Part shown: positions 33,413-44,429 of the stretch, in pieces
Layout: every line of letters begins with the position of its first letter
How positions within the stretch are numbered: the first letter of the stretch is position 1
Assembly: GCA_963733675.1 (NCBI GenBank)
Contig: CAVTET010000003.1
Location: forward strand, 544,001-608,000
DNA from: an uncultured Methanosarcinaceae archaeon
GTDB lineage: Archaea > Halobacteriota > Methanosarcinia > Methanosarcinales > Methanosarcinaceae
DNA length: 64,000 nucleotides
Reading direction: 5' to 3'
Position numbers and translations under genes: made by a program
Notes under the pieces: model-generated
Told to the model about the DNA's origin: nothing
Databases searched by the model: none
Seen by the model: the letters and a program-made list of their open reading frames with translations, nothing else

Positions 33413-34936
33413 ATGCATCCGAAAACCCTGCAAATCCTTAAAACATTTGAAAAAATTAATTCAATCCCTCGATGCTCAAAATACGAAGAAAAGCTTTCAA
33501 TCTGGCTGCAGGAATGGAGTAGATCAAGAGGGTTTGAGATGAAAGCTGATTCCTGTAACAATGTGCTTATAAGAGTCACTCCAACTAAGAGCTATGAGAA
33601 CTCTCCTACAGTTATTCTGCAGGGGCACATGGATATGGTTTGTGAGAAATGCAAGGGCTCGAAACATGATTTTTTTAAAGATCCAATAAGATGCGTTTAT
33701 GATGGGGACTGGCTAAGGGGCGATGGAACTTCATTAGGGGCAGATAATGGGATCGCGCTTGCAATCGGGTTAGTGCTTGCAGAGACTGGAAAAAAAGGTG
33801 AAATTGAACATCCACCACTTGAACTTCTTTTTACCGTTGATGAAGAAACAGGTTTTATGGGGGTAAGAGAACTAGAGGCTGGTTTCTGTGAAGGCAAGTT
33901 ACTCTTGAACATGGATTCAGAGGATGAAGGAGTCTTTATAATAGGGTGTGCTGGAGGACAGAATTTACTGATTGCACTTCCTATTGAATGGGAGCAGTTT
34001 GACTGTGAAAAGGAGGATTTATTTGGCTTTTTTAAGATATCGGTTGAGGGGTTGGTGGGTGGACATTCAGGAGTTGAGATTCATAGACAGCGGGCAAATG
34101 GAATTCATTTGCTCATTCGGGCATTGGTCTGGTTGAGGAACAGGATTGGGGCAGAAAGCATCAGGCTTGTTCAGATAAGCGGAGGCAGCGTTCACAATGC
34201 AATTCCTAATTTTGCAGAGGCATTTGTTGGCCTGGATATGAGAAAAACAGCAATGTCTGAGGAAATAGTGTCCAATCTCTGGAAAACTTTTCAAGCTGAA
34301 TATGCAAAAACAGATACTAACCTTGTTCTGAATCTTACGGAAGTCGATGGTAAAACAGATTTTAAAAAAGTAGGGTTTTGTATGGCCCTCAAAAAGAAAT
34401 TTACATTTGGTAGAGTCTTCTCTGCAGGGACTGAAGAGAAGCTAATAGAACTGATCCAGGAGTTACCACACGGAGTCTACAGAATGTCGGATACCATTCC
34501 TGGACTTGTGGAAACCTCAAATAACCTGGCTTCTGTGAGAACAGTCGAAAATGAAGTAAAGATTCTTTTAAGCCAAAGGAGCTCAATTACATCCAAGTTG
34601 GCTGAAATTACCTGGGGTGTAGAAGCTTTAGCAAAAATAGTGGGAGCACGGATTGAATATGAAAACTATTACCCTGCCTGGGAGCCTGACCTTGAGTCAG
34701 GGCTGCTTTCGAACTGCAAGCAAATTTACACAGAAACCTTTGGAAAAGAGCCGAAGGTAACAATCGTTCATGCAGGGCTTGAGTGTGGATTAATCGGCTC
34801 AAAATTTAGGGATATAGAAATGATTTCTTTTGGGCCTACTATTAAAGATCCCCATTCTCCTGCAGAAAGGGTATTTATTCCCTCAATTGAAAGGGTCTGG
34901 ATCTTTCTGGGAAACTTACTAAAAAGTTATCGTTGA
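33413..34936 (+). CDS. pepD: Aminoacyl-histidine dipeptidase (M20C)
   Basis: LQGHMDMVCEK, LGADNGI, TVDEETG, GGHSG, HAGLECG and HSPAE motifs. Confidence 0.93.
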   Translation: MHPKTLQILKTFEKINSIPRCSKYEEKLSIWLQEWSRSRGFEMKADSCNNVLIRVTPTKSYENSPTVILQGHMDMVCEKCKGSKHDFFKDPIRCVYDGDWLRGDGTSLGADNGIALAIGLVLAETGKKGEIEHPPLELLFTVDEETGFMGVRELEAGFCEGKLLLNMDSEDEGVFIIGCAGGQNLLIALPIEWEQFDCEKEDLFGFFKISVEGLVGGHSGVEIHRQRANGIHLLIRALVWLRNRIGAESIRLVQISGGSVHNAIPNFAEAFVGLDMRKTAMSEEIVSNLWKTFQAEYAKTDTNLVLNLTEVDGKTDFKKVGFCMALKKKFTFGRVFSAGTEEKLIELIQELPHGVYRMSDTIPGLVETSNNLASVRTVENEVKILLSQRSSITSKLAEITWGVEALAKIVGARIEYENYYPAWEPDLESGLLSNCKQIYTETFGKEPKVTIVHAGLECGLIGSKFRDIEMISFGPTIKDPHSPAERVFIPSIERVWIFLGNLLKSYR

Positions 34937-35559
34937 TTCAGAGTATCTCGTGAGGTTAATCTCGCAAAGAAGAGAAAGGGATTATTAATAAATCCAACTT
35001 TAATCCCAAATTTAGTAGTATTTTTTTAGAATAAATATTTTATATGATAGCTTTCCTAAAATATTTTCAAATAATAGAGGATCAAAATGCAACTTTGTGT
35101 AAACCAATGTCATCGATTATAGTCCTACTAGCTCCAATTTTATATTTTCTTCCAGACTGTTAGATTTATGCTTAAAACATAGGTAAATTTAAGATGTTTG
35201 TATTATTTCAACTTTTAAAAATTGGAGTTTTAAGAGCAAAATTCGTAAGAGCTTTCATAAATAGAAATTAATGTTAAGAGATTTAAACTCTTCAATACTC
35301 AAATGCATAGAAGTTTATCGAAATTCTCTAAAATCTATATGTTCTCAACATAATTTCTCATTACTATTTTATTCATTAGTACATTACTCACAAACTGAAA
35401 AGTATCGAAAAACACATACATATTTGATTTTAAACAAACAAGTTTATTTCCAGTCAAACTTAACATTCTGTTACAAGTTTAATACCAAATGTTGTTTCAT
35501 TTTTAAAATTATAATACAGGATATCCAATGCTTTAGATGTGCATACCCTATCTAGAAAT

Positions 35560-36400
35560 CCAACTATTTTTTATCTACTTCGATACTGAGTGTTTTTTGT
35601 TCCTGTTTTATAGTGTTTGGTTGTATCGTGTTTATGCTTATGTTTATGTTTGATCAAGTGAGTTTTAGTCTTGTGACCATTAGAGTCCTAATTTGGTGTT
35701 TTTGTTGTAGAAGGTCCACTGCCATAACCATAAGGTTCACTGCCAAACATAGGACTTTTATACATCATCAGTACAGGTATAAAAAGCAGCGGCATAGTTA
35801 GGTTCAAAATCTATACCATAGCCACCATTGTTAGGTCCGCCATTGTGATCTCTGTCATTGTTTTCGTTCTCTGCCGTGGAATTTACAGTTATCGAATTCT
35901 GAATTGTTCCACCACTAGTATAATATGTAGTATCAGTTGGTGTAAAAGTAGCAGTCAATGTATGAGTACCTACACTTAATGCACTCTGTTTATTTACTAT
36001 AGCCCCTGTTTCATCTGTATATACAAAATTTCCTGGTACTGTTTGTCCATTATACGTAGCAGTTGCATCTAGATAGGCACCCAATGCTGTATCATAGACT
36101 ATTTCTACAAGTGGCTTTGGAGTCAATGCAAGTTTAGGAGTCGTTTTACCTATAGGCGGATTATCTATAGAATAATTACCTATAAACTGTCCGAAGGCTG
36201 CAGGAACGTTTCCTACATTTACACTGGTAATAGATGGTGTTGTTTGTTGTGTCAATTACATAGATAGGGTTGTCAACAGAGTTTCCACATGTGCCTTTGT
36301 TCCATCCAGAGTTACTTCAATTAACCAAGGATAGTTTCCTACATTTGTACTAGCATAGGCAGTGTTGTTTGTTGTGTTAATTATAGAAACGGTTTCCACT
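35560..36400 (-). pseudogene. Cell-surface YVTN beta-propeller/Ig-like protein remnant
   Basis: Broken TVSIINTTNN / VIDTTNN / VNVGNVPAAFGQFIG repeats, an LSVGTHTLTATFTPTD Ig-like segment and a His/Lys-rich tail in a shifted frame. Confidence 0.7.
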
Positions 36401-36459
36401 TCAAAGGTTCAAATATTCAGAACGAAATGAACGAACATATATACGATATTAATTGAAAC

Positions 36460-37070
36460 TCTTCTGGTCATAAAGCAAGTCGGATCCTGAGTCTAGTGAG
36501 AATTGATTCCAAATTTGCAAGAAATCTCATTAAAATACCACAAAAATCTAGCTGTTTTTTAAGTATGTAACTAATAAAAACAAAATGCTGATATTGAATC
36601 ATATTTTATCGACGAAGGTTATGATTTGTTACTTAATCATGCATATGTATATGGTTACATATTAAAAAAAATCAGTCATCTGATGCATCAAATGCCGTAA
36701 TAAATAAGGAAGTAGAGATTGAGATAATAGATACTTGGTCAATAAAATGTGGAAAAAGGAAGCTATATCAATGCAAAATTAAACGATTAAATCAGTCTCC
36801 TTTGTTAGAATGGAAGAATGTTACAGGTTGTGATGTATTGAAAAACCAAAATGTTGAGATGATTCATTCAAAGAACTAAACAAAAAAAGAGCGAAATGAA
36901 AAACGATACATGATCGTATTAAGGATACAGTATCATCTGAAGCCAGATGAGTAAAAAAAGGAGAGTCAGAAACTCTATTCACGTTTGAACTTAATTGTAT
37001 ATCAACTGTTGGCGCTTATTGAATTACAAAAAGGATTCAAATCAATATTTTATTTGGAGGATCTCTCTAG
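36460..37070 (+). pseudogene. DDE transposase relic (IS5/ISNCY-like)
   Basis: Fragments SDPES and FIDEGYD (cf. ADKGYD); heavily decayed. Confidence 0.35.
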
Positions 37071-37384
37071 GAAAACAATTGCAAATTAGATCATAGACTT
37101 TAAGAGCTAATTTTAGATCATTCGATAAACCTCTGATTATTACAAGTTATTTATATACCAATATAAGCATATGATTACATCTGAGGGTTTATCGGAATCT
37201 TCCTCAAATAATTTTTTAATAATATTCTGATTTGTAGAAATGGTTTCGGAACTAAAGAGATTAGTAACTACTAGATACTAGACTGGGAATAGCTTTATGT
37301 ATCAAAAATCATTATTGTGTATCAAGAGTCTATTTTTATAGGTCCTAAAAGACACGAAATAAGCATTAAGAGAAAAGGATTCTC

Positions 37385-37645
37385 ATGAACGAAATACGCG
37401 AAATGGACCGGTTTAAGTGTAAGGTTATAAGTGTAATTCAGAATCTTATATGGAAAGGTGTAATAGTAGAAGAAAACGATACGAAAGGCCGGGTTTATTT
37501 CGGAAGAGTCAACGGTGAAATTGAGATTAACCAGGGCGACATTCTATATATAGGTATCAAGTCTATCTATGAGTTAGAAGACAAAACTATGAGAGTTACC
37601 CTCTACGATTCTGAAGATAAAAAATTGGATTGGACTCTTATTTGA
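37385..37645 (+). CDS. Small hypothetical protein (86 aa)
   Basis: Clean ORF with AAGGA upstream; beta-rich composition. Confidence 0.7.
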   Translation: MNEIREMDRFKCKVISVIQNLIWKGVIVEENDTKGRVYFGRVNGEIEINQGDILYIGIKSIYELEDKTMRVTLYDSEDKKLDWTLI

Positions 37646-37800
37646 GATAATAAGATTCCATAATCATATCTGCTCGTCTTTCATGGATTTAGGTAGAATA
37701 ACTTGTAATTACTATCCTTTTTTTAAAAATATCACATTTTCAAATTCAATTTCAAAGGTTTTCTAAACAAATTTAAACATAGTTTTTTACTGATTTGGTA

Positions 37801-37886
37801 TAGATATACGCGCACAGATGTACAAATTTGTGTGCCTATTTGCCCACGATTATCCCTTTAAAGTTCAATTAATTTTTAAGCTACTG
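37801..37886. repeat. Dispersed IS110-end-like repeat (copy 3)
   Basis: CAGATGTACAAATTTGTGTGCCTATTTGCCCACGATTAT...ATTTTTAAGCTACTG. Confidence 0.7.
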
Positions 37887-37983
37887 AATAGATGTATTCC
37901 TGTGTACACCTGCAGAAAGTGGGTTCTGTAATAATATTTCGCTTTTTTAATCGATTCTTTTTTAAGTATAAAGGCATAGAGCT

Positions 37984-38901
37984 TCATTCGGGCCTGTAAG
38001 GGACTTCGATTTCCATCAGGTCTTCAGCTACGCTGACGTTCTCAAATATCTTTTTTGAGTCTTTTAGAATGGGCTCAACATCAGCTGCGTAGCGCGAGCT
38101 AATATGGGTAAGAACCAATCTCCGGACTCCTGCTTCCTTTGCAAGGACTCCAACTTCACCAGCTGTCGAATGTTTTGACTCTTTCGCCCAATCTGTCATC
38201 TTGTTGGCAAAACTACAGTCATGAATTAGGAGGTCAGCATCCCTGCTAGCCTCGAGTATGGATTCACATGGTCTTGTATCTCCACTGTATACAACAATTC
38301 TTCCAGGTCTCATGGATCCCATCACATCTTCAGGCTTTATTATTTTTCCATCGACTTCGACAGGATTTCCTTTTTGTAGTTTTGCAAAAAGAGGGCCAGG
38401 TGAAATGCCCATCTTGATTGCCTTTTCCCTATTAAAGCGTCCTGGGCGAGGATTTTCCACAAGTGCATATCCCAGACTAGGGATACTGTGCTCTGTATTT
38501 AAGGCATGGATCACATAATCTTTTCCTTTCACAATGTCTCCTGGTTTTAATTGGACACCCTCGATTTCATATTTTAAGTTGAAATAACCAAAAGCTTTAA
38601 AAAGATCGGTAAATTTTAGGGTTCCTTCTGGGCCGTATATCATAAGATGTTCTTTTCTCCCCATGAAAGACATTGTCTGGATCAGTCCCGGGATCCCAAG
38701 GAAATGGTCTGCATGGAAATGAGTGATAAAAATAGATGACAGGTTCATTATTCCTGTTTTTGCTCTCATCATTTGCTGCTGAGTTCCTTCTCCGCAATCA
38801 AAAAGAATGAGTTCTCCTTCCCTATTTATCATTAATGAGGACGGGTTTCTGTTACGAGTTGGAAGGGAACCTCCAGTACCAAGAAAAATTATACGAAGCA
38901 T
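37984..38901 (-). CDS. rnz: Ribonuclease Z
   Basis: FLGTGG, DCGEGTQ, THFHADH, GP-rich exosite, SGDT, HST and THISSRY motifs. Confidence 0.96.
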   Translation of the reverse strand: MLRIIFLGTGGSLPTRNRNPSSLMINREGELILFDCGEGTQQQMMRAKTGIMNLSSIFITHFHADHFLGIPGLIQTMSFMGRKEHLMIYGPEGTLKFTDLFKAFGYFNLKYEIEGVQLKPGDIVKGKDYVIHALNTEHSIPSLGYALVENPRPGRFNREKAIKMGISPGPLFAKLQKGNPVEVDGKIIKPEDVMGSMRPGRIVVYSGDTRPCESILEASRDADLLIHDCSFANKMTDWAKESKHSTAGEVGVLAKEAGVRRLVLTHISSRYAADVEPILKDSKKIFENVSVAEDLMEIEVPYRPE

Positions 38902-39113
38902 GATGAACCCATTTAATACTTATAAGGTATTTATTGATTACCACTTCACTAATACCAGAGAAACTTATAGCAGATCCAAATTGGTTAATTTGAGATTTCA
39001 CATTCTTAAAATATGTTTATTTCTGTATTTTATCATATTTTCAACTTCCAGATTCTCTCGTAATTACCGATAATTTTGAGCTAGATTTCCCTGTTTGCAG
39101 CAGTTAGATATTA

Positions 39114-39165
39114 TTATTCCAGTCGAATACCATGCAGTTTACTACGTGGTATTCGACTGGAATAA
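39114..39165. repeat. REP/MITE-like palindrome (copy 2)
   Basis: 19-bp perfect arms TTATTCCAGTCGAATACCA / TGGTATTCGACTGGAATAA. Confidence 0.85.
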
Positions 39166-39190
39166 ATATGTTGTCAAGCATTAACTTTAC

Positions 39191-39339
39191 GGTTGTGGTG
39201 CAAAAAATCTAGCTTTGTTACAAAATCAGTGAAAACCTTCACAATTAGGAAAGTTAATCGTTTTCATCGAAAGAAAATGATATACAAAGGCAAGAATTAT
39301 AGTGTCAAGTTGCAGAAATATTATTTTTGCAACGGAACC
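39191..39339. mobile_element. 149-bp IS6-type MITE (copy 1)
   Basis: Ends GGTTGTGGTGCAAAAAA...TTTTTGCAACGGAACC; near-identical inverted copy at 45755-45903. Confidence 0.88.
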
Positions 39340-39986
39340 ACAGATCGAAAAGACTGAAATCCTAACATTGGATTAACGATTCTCTTTATAGATCGATGAC
39401 CTTGTTCAATAATGTTATTCAAATACCTGGTTTGTCTAATTTCAACATTTTTAAACAAGTTCGTCTCATTTTTCAGTTCATCTATAGCAGGTGGATAAGC
39501 TGGATTCTTATCAACGGTTATTACTCTTGGAATTTGGTTATGATTAGAACTCAAAGCTTTCTTAAGAAATCTCTTTGCTGCTTATCTATCTCGTTTTGAA
39601 CTTAACATGAAATCAATTGTGTCTCCATCTGAGTCAACTGCTCGGTAAAGATATTTCCATTTACCTTTTACTTTGATATAGGTTTCATCAACTCTACATG
39701 AATCATTTGTTGGCCTTAAGTGCCTTCTGATCCTCTTTTCTATCTCAGGTGAATATTGATGTACCTATCTCATTATAGTACTGTGATCAACTTGAATTCC
39801 CCTTTCTGCCATCATTTCCTTTAAATTTCTATAGCTCAATGGATATTTTAAGTACCATCCTACTGTTTGCAGAGTGATCTCGCCTACAAATTGTTTCCAT
39901 TTAAAGGCATTCAATGGCATATTATATACTCTTAAATTCATATTTATTTCATAGTATCGATCTAATATTTTTTTGCAACGGAACCA
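39340..39986 (-). mobile_element. Truncated IS6 with inactivated transposase
   Basis: Similar to 62331-63184; in-frame TAG (Trp position) and TAA; 3' end replaced by the MITE; one TIR at about 39971-39986. Confidence 0.9.
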
Positions 39987-40210
39987 AATAAAGTATAAAT
40001 AATGATAATTTGGTAGCCATAAGTCTTTATCAAAATCTGCTTTTATTATCTGCAACTTATTTTACATTGAGTGCATTCTTGTCTAAAATTTATTTTATAG
40101 GCTCTCCATAATTTGCTTTTTTTAAATCACAAACTTTATTAATATAAACGCAATTTAATTTGATTTAATTTAAATCATATTTACTTGACTTGATATTTCA
40201 TGGTGATCCT

Positions 40211-40921
40211 ATGCATATAATGGAAGGCTTTTTACCGGTGTTCTGGTGTCTAATATGGTTTACAGCATCAATACCAGTGATTGCATATGGTGTTTACAAC
40301 CTTAACAAATTAGTGAAAGAAAAACGCGAGATATTATCTATCCTTGCTGTCGCAGGTGCATTTATCTTCGTACTTTCCTCCTTGAAAATGCCTTCCGTTA
40401 CAGGAAGTTGTTCCCACCCTACAGGAACAGGTGTAGCTGCAATCATTTTTGGACCTGCGATTACTGCAGTTCTTGGAACTATTGTACTGATATTCCAAGC
40501 TTTCTTCCTAGCTCATGGAGGGCTTACGACTCTTGGAGCAAATGTATTTTCCATGGGCATCGTGGGTCCTGTGGTTTCATACCTGATTTATAAAGCCGGA
40601 ATGAAAGCCAAACTCAACTTTTATTTAATTGTCTTTCTGGCTGCAGCTTTCGGGGACTTAGCTACTTATATTACAAGTTCTACGGAACTTGCTTTGGCAT
40701 TTCCTGCAGGAAGAATCTTAAATTATGTGGGTTTCTTCAGTTCATTCAGCAAATTTCTGGAAGTCTTCGCAATTACTCAAATACCCCTGGCAATCATCGA
40801 AGGCGCTGTTAGTGCCTTACTCTTCAAGTACGTGATTGAAGTCAAGAGTGATAATATCCTTGTTGAAATGAAAGTATTGAACGAATCTTTAGTTCGTAAA
40901 CTCAGGGGGCTTTCTTCATGA
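40211..40921 (+). CDS. cbiM: Cobalt ECF transporter S component
   Basis: MHIMEGFLP N-terminus, GSCSHPTG and AHGGLTTLGAN. Confidence 0.95.
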   Translation: MHIMEGFLPVFWCLIWFTASIPVIAYGVYNLNKLVKEKREILSILAVAGAFIFVLSSLKMPSVTGSCSHPTGTGVAAIIFGPAITAVLGTIVLIFQAFFLAHGGLTTLGANVFSMGIVGPVVSYLIYKAGMKAKLNFYLIVFLAAAFGDLATYITSSTELALAFPAGRILNYVGFFSSFSKFLEVFAITQIPLAIIEGAVSALLFKYVIEVKSDNILVEMKVLNESLVRKLRGLSS

Positions 40922-41262
40922 GCAGGAAACTTGAATTTATCGTGATTGCTATAATTCTGATTTTTGTAGCTCAGTTCTTTTATATGTCTTCTACCACACA
41001 TGCTGACTATGGTGGAGCTGATGACAAACCCGTAGGTGTTATTGATCAAATTACAGGTGGGACTTACAAGCCAATTGCAAAACCTATCTGGGTACCTCCA
41101 AGTGATGAAATCGAAAGTCTGCTTTTTTGCCTTCAGGCAGCTACTGGTGCAATAATTATCGGTTACTTCCTCGGGTATTACAGAGTAAAGAATCGTTTTG
41201 AAAGCGATTTCGGTATGCAAAGGGATAAAAAGGTGCAAAGGGACGAAAAAATCCAAACATGA
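40918..41262 (+). CDS. cbiN: Cobalt transport protein
   Basis: YGGADD and P.S.EIESLLFCLQAA.GA.IIGY motifs. Confidence 0.92.
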   Translation: MSRKLEFIVIAIILIFVAQFFYMSSTTHADYGGADDKPVGVIDQITGGTYKPIAKPIWVPPSDEIESLLFCLQAATGAIIIGYFLGYYRVKNRFESDFGMQRDKKVQRDEKIQT

Positions 41263-41404
41263 TAGACAATCCTTAATTTTTAGCCTTTAGAGGATTCATT
41301 GAAATCAGAAATTTATCGAAATACCCTTTCATTTTTTGTTGGCTATAACCCACTAAAATAGCTAATAATTTTTTAATTTTCATCCACTTATCCGCAGGTT
41401 CCCA

Positions 41405-42187
41405 ATGAACAATATTCTTGACGACTATGCTCTTATTAGCCCTCTACGGCACCGAAACAACTGGCTAAAACTGGCAATAGTTTTCTTCGGATTGATTGTA
41501 GGAGTCTCATGTGCATCCCCTATCACTCCTGTATTCATAGCTCTTTGTATGAGTTTTACGACAATTGCTTTTGGGAGGGTGTCTCCTATACTCTATTCTA
41601 AACTTTTACTTGCGCCCATGGGCTTTGCAGCTACTGGTATCCTTATAATTACTTTTTTCTCAGGCTCGGGACATGAGCTGTTGTCCTTCCAAATTATAGG
41701 TCATCCTTTTTCGATAAAGGCCGATGGACTTGAGCTTGCTCTTCTAGTCCTTTCTAGGTCCTTTAGTGGGATGTGTTGCCTTTACTTCCTTGCACTAACA
41801 ACACCTATGATTGAACTCTTTGCTGTTTTCAAAGCTTCCAAGCTACCAGAGTCTCTGATCGAGCTTACTATGCTAATTTATCGTTACATCTTCGTCTTTC
41901 TTGAAATTGCCAGTTCCACAATGTATGCCCAAACAATGAGATTAGGATACTCGAATTTCATACGTTCCATTAATTCTATTAGCATGCTTACAAGCACAGT
42001 TTTTATAAGATCTTGGGAACAGGGAGATAAGCTCTTCCTTGCAATGAACTCCAGATGTTATAACGGAAAAATGACTGTTTTCGAAGTTCAAAAGCCTATA
42101 AAAACAATAGAATTGCTTTTAACTTCTGTTTATTTCATCTCGACTATTTCCCTCTTTTATTTTACAAAAAATATATCCATTGTTTGA
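41405..42187 (+). CDS. cbiQ: Cobalt ECF transporter T component
   Basis: LALTTP, LIYRYIF, AQTMRLGY and AMNSRCY motifs. Confidence 0.92.
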   Translation: MNNILDDYALISPLRHRNNWLKLAIVFFGLIVGVSCASPITPVFIALCMSFTTIAFGRVSPILYSKLLLAPMGFAATGILIITFFSGSGHELLSFQIIGHPFSIKADGLELALLVLSRSFSGMCCLYFLALTTPMIELFAVFKASKLPESLIELTMLIYRYIFVFLEIASSTMYAQTMRLGYSNFIRSINSISMLTSTVFIRSWEQGDKLFLAMNSRCYNGKMTVFEVQKPIKTIELLLTSVYFISTISLFYFTKNISIV

Positions 42188-42198
42188 GGTAACATATT

Positions 42199-43560
42199 GT
42201 GATCATCCTTGAGACTAGAAGCCTTAAATACACCTATCCAGACGGGACTGTAGCTTGTAAGGATCTGAATATTGAAATCAAAAAAGGAAAAAAGGTCGCT
42301 TTTGTAGGGCAAAATGGCTCCGGAAAGTCCACACTTTTTCTACTTATGAATGGGACCTTAAAGCCTGATGAAGGTGAAGTTCGTTTTCATGGAATTTCGT
42401 TTAAATATGATTCCAAGTCCCTCAGAGAAATCCGAAAATCCATCGGAATCGTTTTTCAAAATTCTGATGATCAGATCTTTGCTCCCACTGTATACCAGGA
42501 TATAGCTTTTGGGCCGGCTAATCTGGGTTATTCAAAAGAAAGAGTCGATTTCTGCGTGAAGCATTCCCTTGAGCAAGTTGGACTCTCTCACCTGCAAGAC
42601 AAGCCTCCTCATCATCTCAGCGGAGGGCAGAAAAAAAGGGTTGCACTTGCAGGTATTATGGCAATGGAACCCGAAATAATCATTCTGGATGAACCCCTCT
42701 CGAATCTTGATCCGATTGGTGCGGATGAAATAATGGATCTGCTTAACGAATTTAACCAATTCGGGACCACTATCATAATCTCCACTCATGATGTGGATCT
42801 CGCATATCGCTGGTCTGATTATGTGTACATCATGTCAAACAGCAAACTTATAGGCCAGGGGACACCTACAGAAGTTTTCAATGAGCAGGAACTTCTAAAA
42901 AAAGCGGGCCTCCGTCAGCCAACTACTCTTGAAATTTATTATGAAATCGAAAGGAGAGGGCTTGCTTATGGGAAAAACTCCCCGAAAACAGTACCAGAGC
43001 TTGTTAATACCTTCAAATCACTAGATCTTATGTGGGTTGATGTTCCGCCAAAGGTCAAGGAAGGAGACAGTCTGAACCTTGGAGTTATGTATGGGGATTA
43101 TGCAACTCATTCCCCTTATGAGGCTATTAATGCTAAGGTTCTGCATATTCATCCCGATGGAAGAGCCATTGTTGAATTGAAGCGTAAGGCCATTAAAGCC
43201 GGTGGAGTTTTACTTTATGATACTAACAATTATTCCCTCAAAGAGATACAACAAATCCTGAAAGAGGGAGAAATGGTTTTTGTAGGGGCAATGGGCAAGA
43301 AAAGTAAAATTCTTGCCGAAAAGAACGGTATCCACTTAGATGTCACCTCAGGCGTTATAGACAAATCGATCTTAATGTCTCTTTGTGGAAAGCGTTGCCT
43401 CATCCTTGCAGCCGGCGGTATGATAGATCATGCTCTGAGAAGAATAAGAGAATACGTGGAAAAAAGTGGGATAGAACTTACTATGGGTGTTGTCAACCGG
43501 AAAGAAAGCTGCGAGCGGCTTGAAGAAGCAGATGATGAATCTGAAATTCTTGAGCTATGA
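42199..43560 (+). CDS. cbiO: Cobalt ECF ATPase with C-terminal extension
   Basis: [17 protein letters not shown] and LDEP motifs. Confidence 0.92.
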   Translation: MIILETRSLKYTYPDGTVACKDLNIEIKKGKKVAFVGQNGSGKSTLFLLMNGTLKPDEGEVRFHGISFKYDSKSLREIRKSIGIVFQNSDDQIFAPTVYQDIAFGPANLGYSKERVDFCVKHSLEQVGLSHLQDKPPHHLSGGQKKRVALAGIMAMEPEIIILDEPLSNLDPIGADEIMDLLNEFNQFGTTIIISTHDVDLAYRWSDYVYIMSNSKLIGQGTPTEVFNEQELLKKAGLRQPTTLEIYYEIERRGLAYGKNSPKTVPELVNTFKSLDLMWVDVPPKVKEGDSLNLGVMYGDYATHSPYEAINAKVLHIHPDGRAIVELKRKAIKAGGVLLYDTNNYSLKEIQQILKEGEMVFVGAMGKKSKILAEKNGIHLDVTSGVIDKSILMSLCGKRCLILAAGGMIDHALRRIREYVEKSGIELTMGVVNRKESCERLEEADDESEILEL

Positions 43561-44429
43561 TTATAAAATAGAACTTACTCATTTTACTGCTTTGAAACTA
43601 CTTCTGAATCCTCATAATTTTGATACTGAATGCATCGATTCCAAACATGTGTATAATTCAGAAGATAATTATACTTTTGTGCCTATTCGTACGTCTGATC
43701 TATGCACTAGATGAACAAAATTAAATATAATAGAGTGGGGTTAAAGGTGCGTGTGAGACAGTTCAAAGTTTAATTGTATTGATTTCCCATCTCAACATCG
43801 CTGGTCCTATAGAATTTATGTTGTTGGAAGTTCTGTAAAGTCGATAAGATGTTGATAATCCCTCTCTCTAACGACAAAAATAGCTAGAGACTCCTCAGTC
43901 TCCAAAAACTTTACAGAAAATATTCATCAATCAGGAGCCTTTATTGTCCTATTTATAACATTTTTTTTCATCCTTATGTATATTTATAAATATTCGGTTT
44001 ATTAAAAAATAAGTTGGAAGATATTTATTTTGTTAATATGATACTTCCAACTATAACTGATGGAAAAATTGAAAAAAATAATTTGAAGGAAAAACAACAC
44101 TCAACAATAACTTCAAATAAAAATAATGAAAGTTGATAAAATTTTGCCGAGTAGCTAAGCCAGTTGATGAAGTACTGAAGTAGGACAAAAAACAAATCTC
44201 ATTTATTTTTAAATTTAAAACAATCGAAAATCCGAAATCGAAAAATTAATAAATGCTTCTTTTTATGGTACTCAAATTAATTTAGGTGATTCTCATTAAA
44301 TTTTCAACATAGTATTGAGATTCATTATAAATCTTGATTTTTTTTTCTTTCATCCATACCTTTTAATATTGCCAATACATTAATTAATACGCATCATGGA
44401 TTTTGAATCATGTTCAGGTGACTTTAATA

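Noticed and set aside
39765-39767. TAG in the IS6 pseudo-transposase as a pyrrolysine codon
   Set aside because: It replaces a conserved Trp, and the same frame also has a TAA and a truncation
42950-43560. C-terminal extension of CbiO (and likewise of TyrA) as a novel fusion
   Set aside because: To my recollection long forms are usual in Methanosarcina orthologs; no evidence of novelty here
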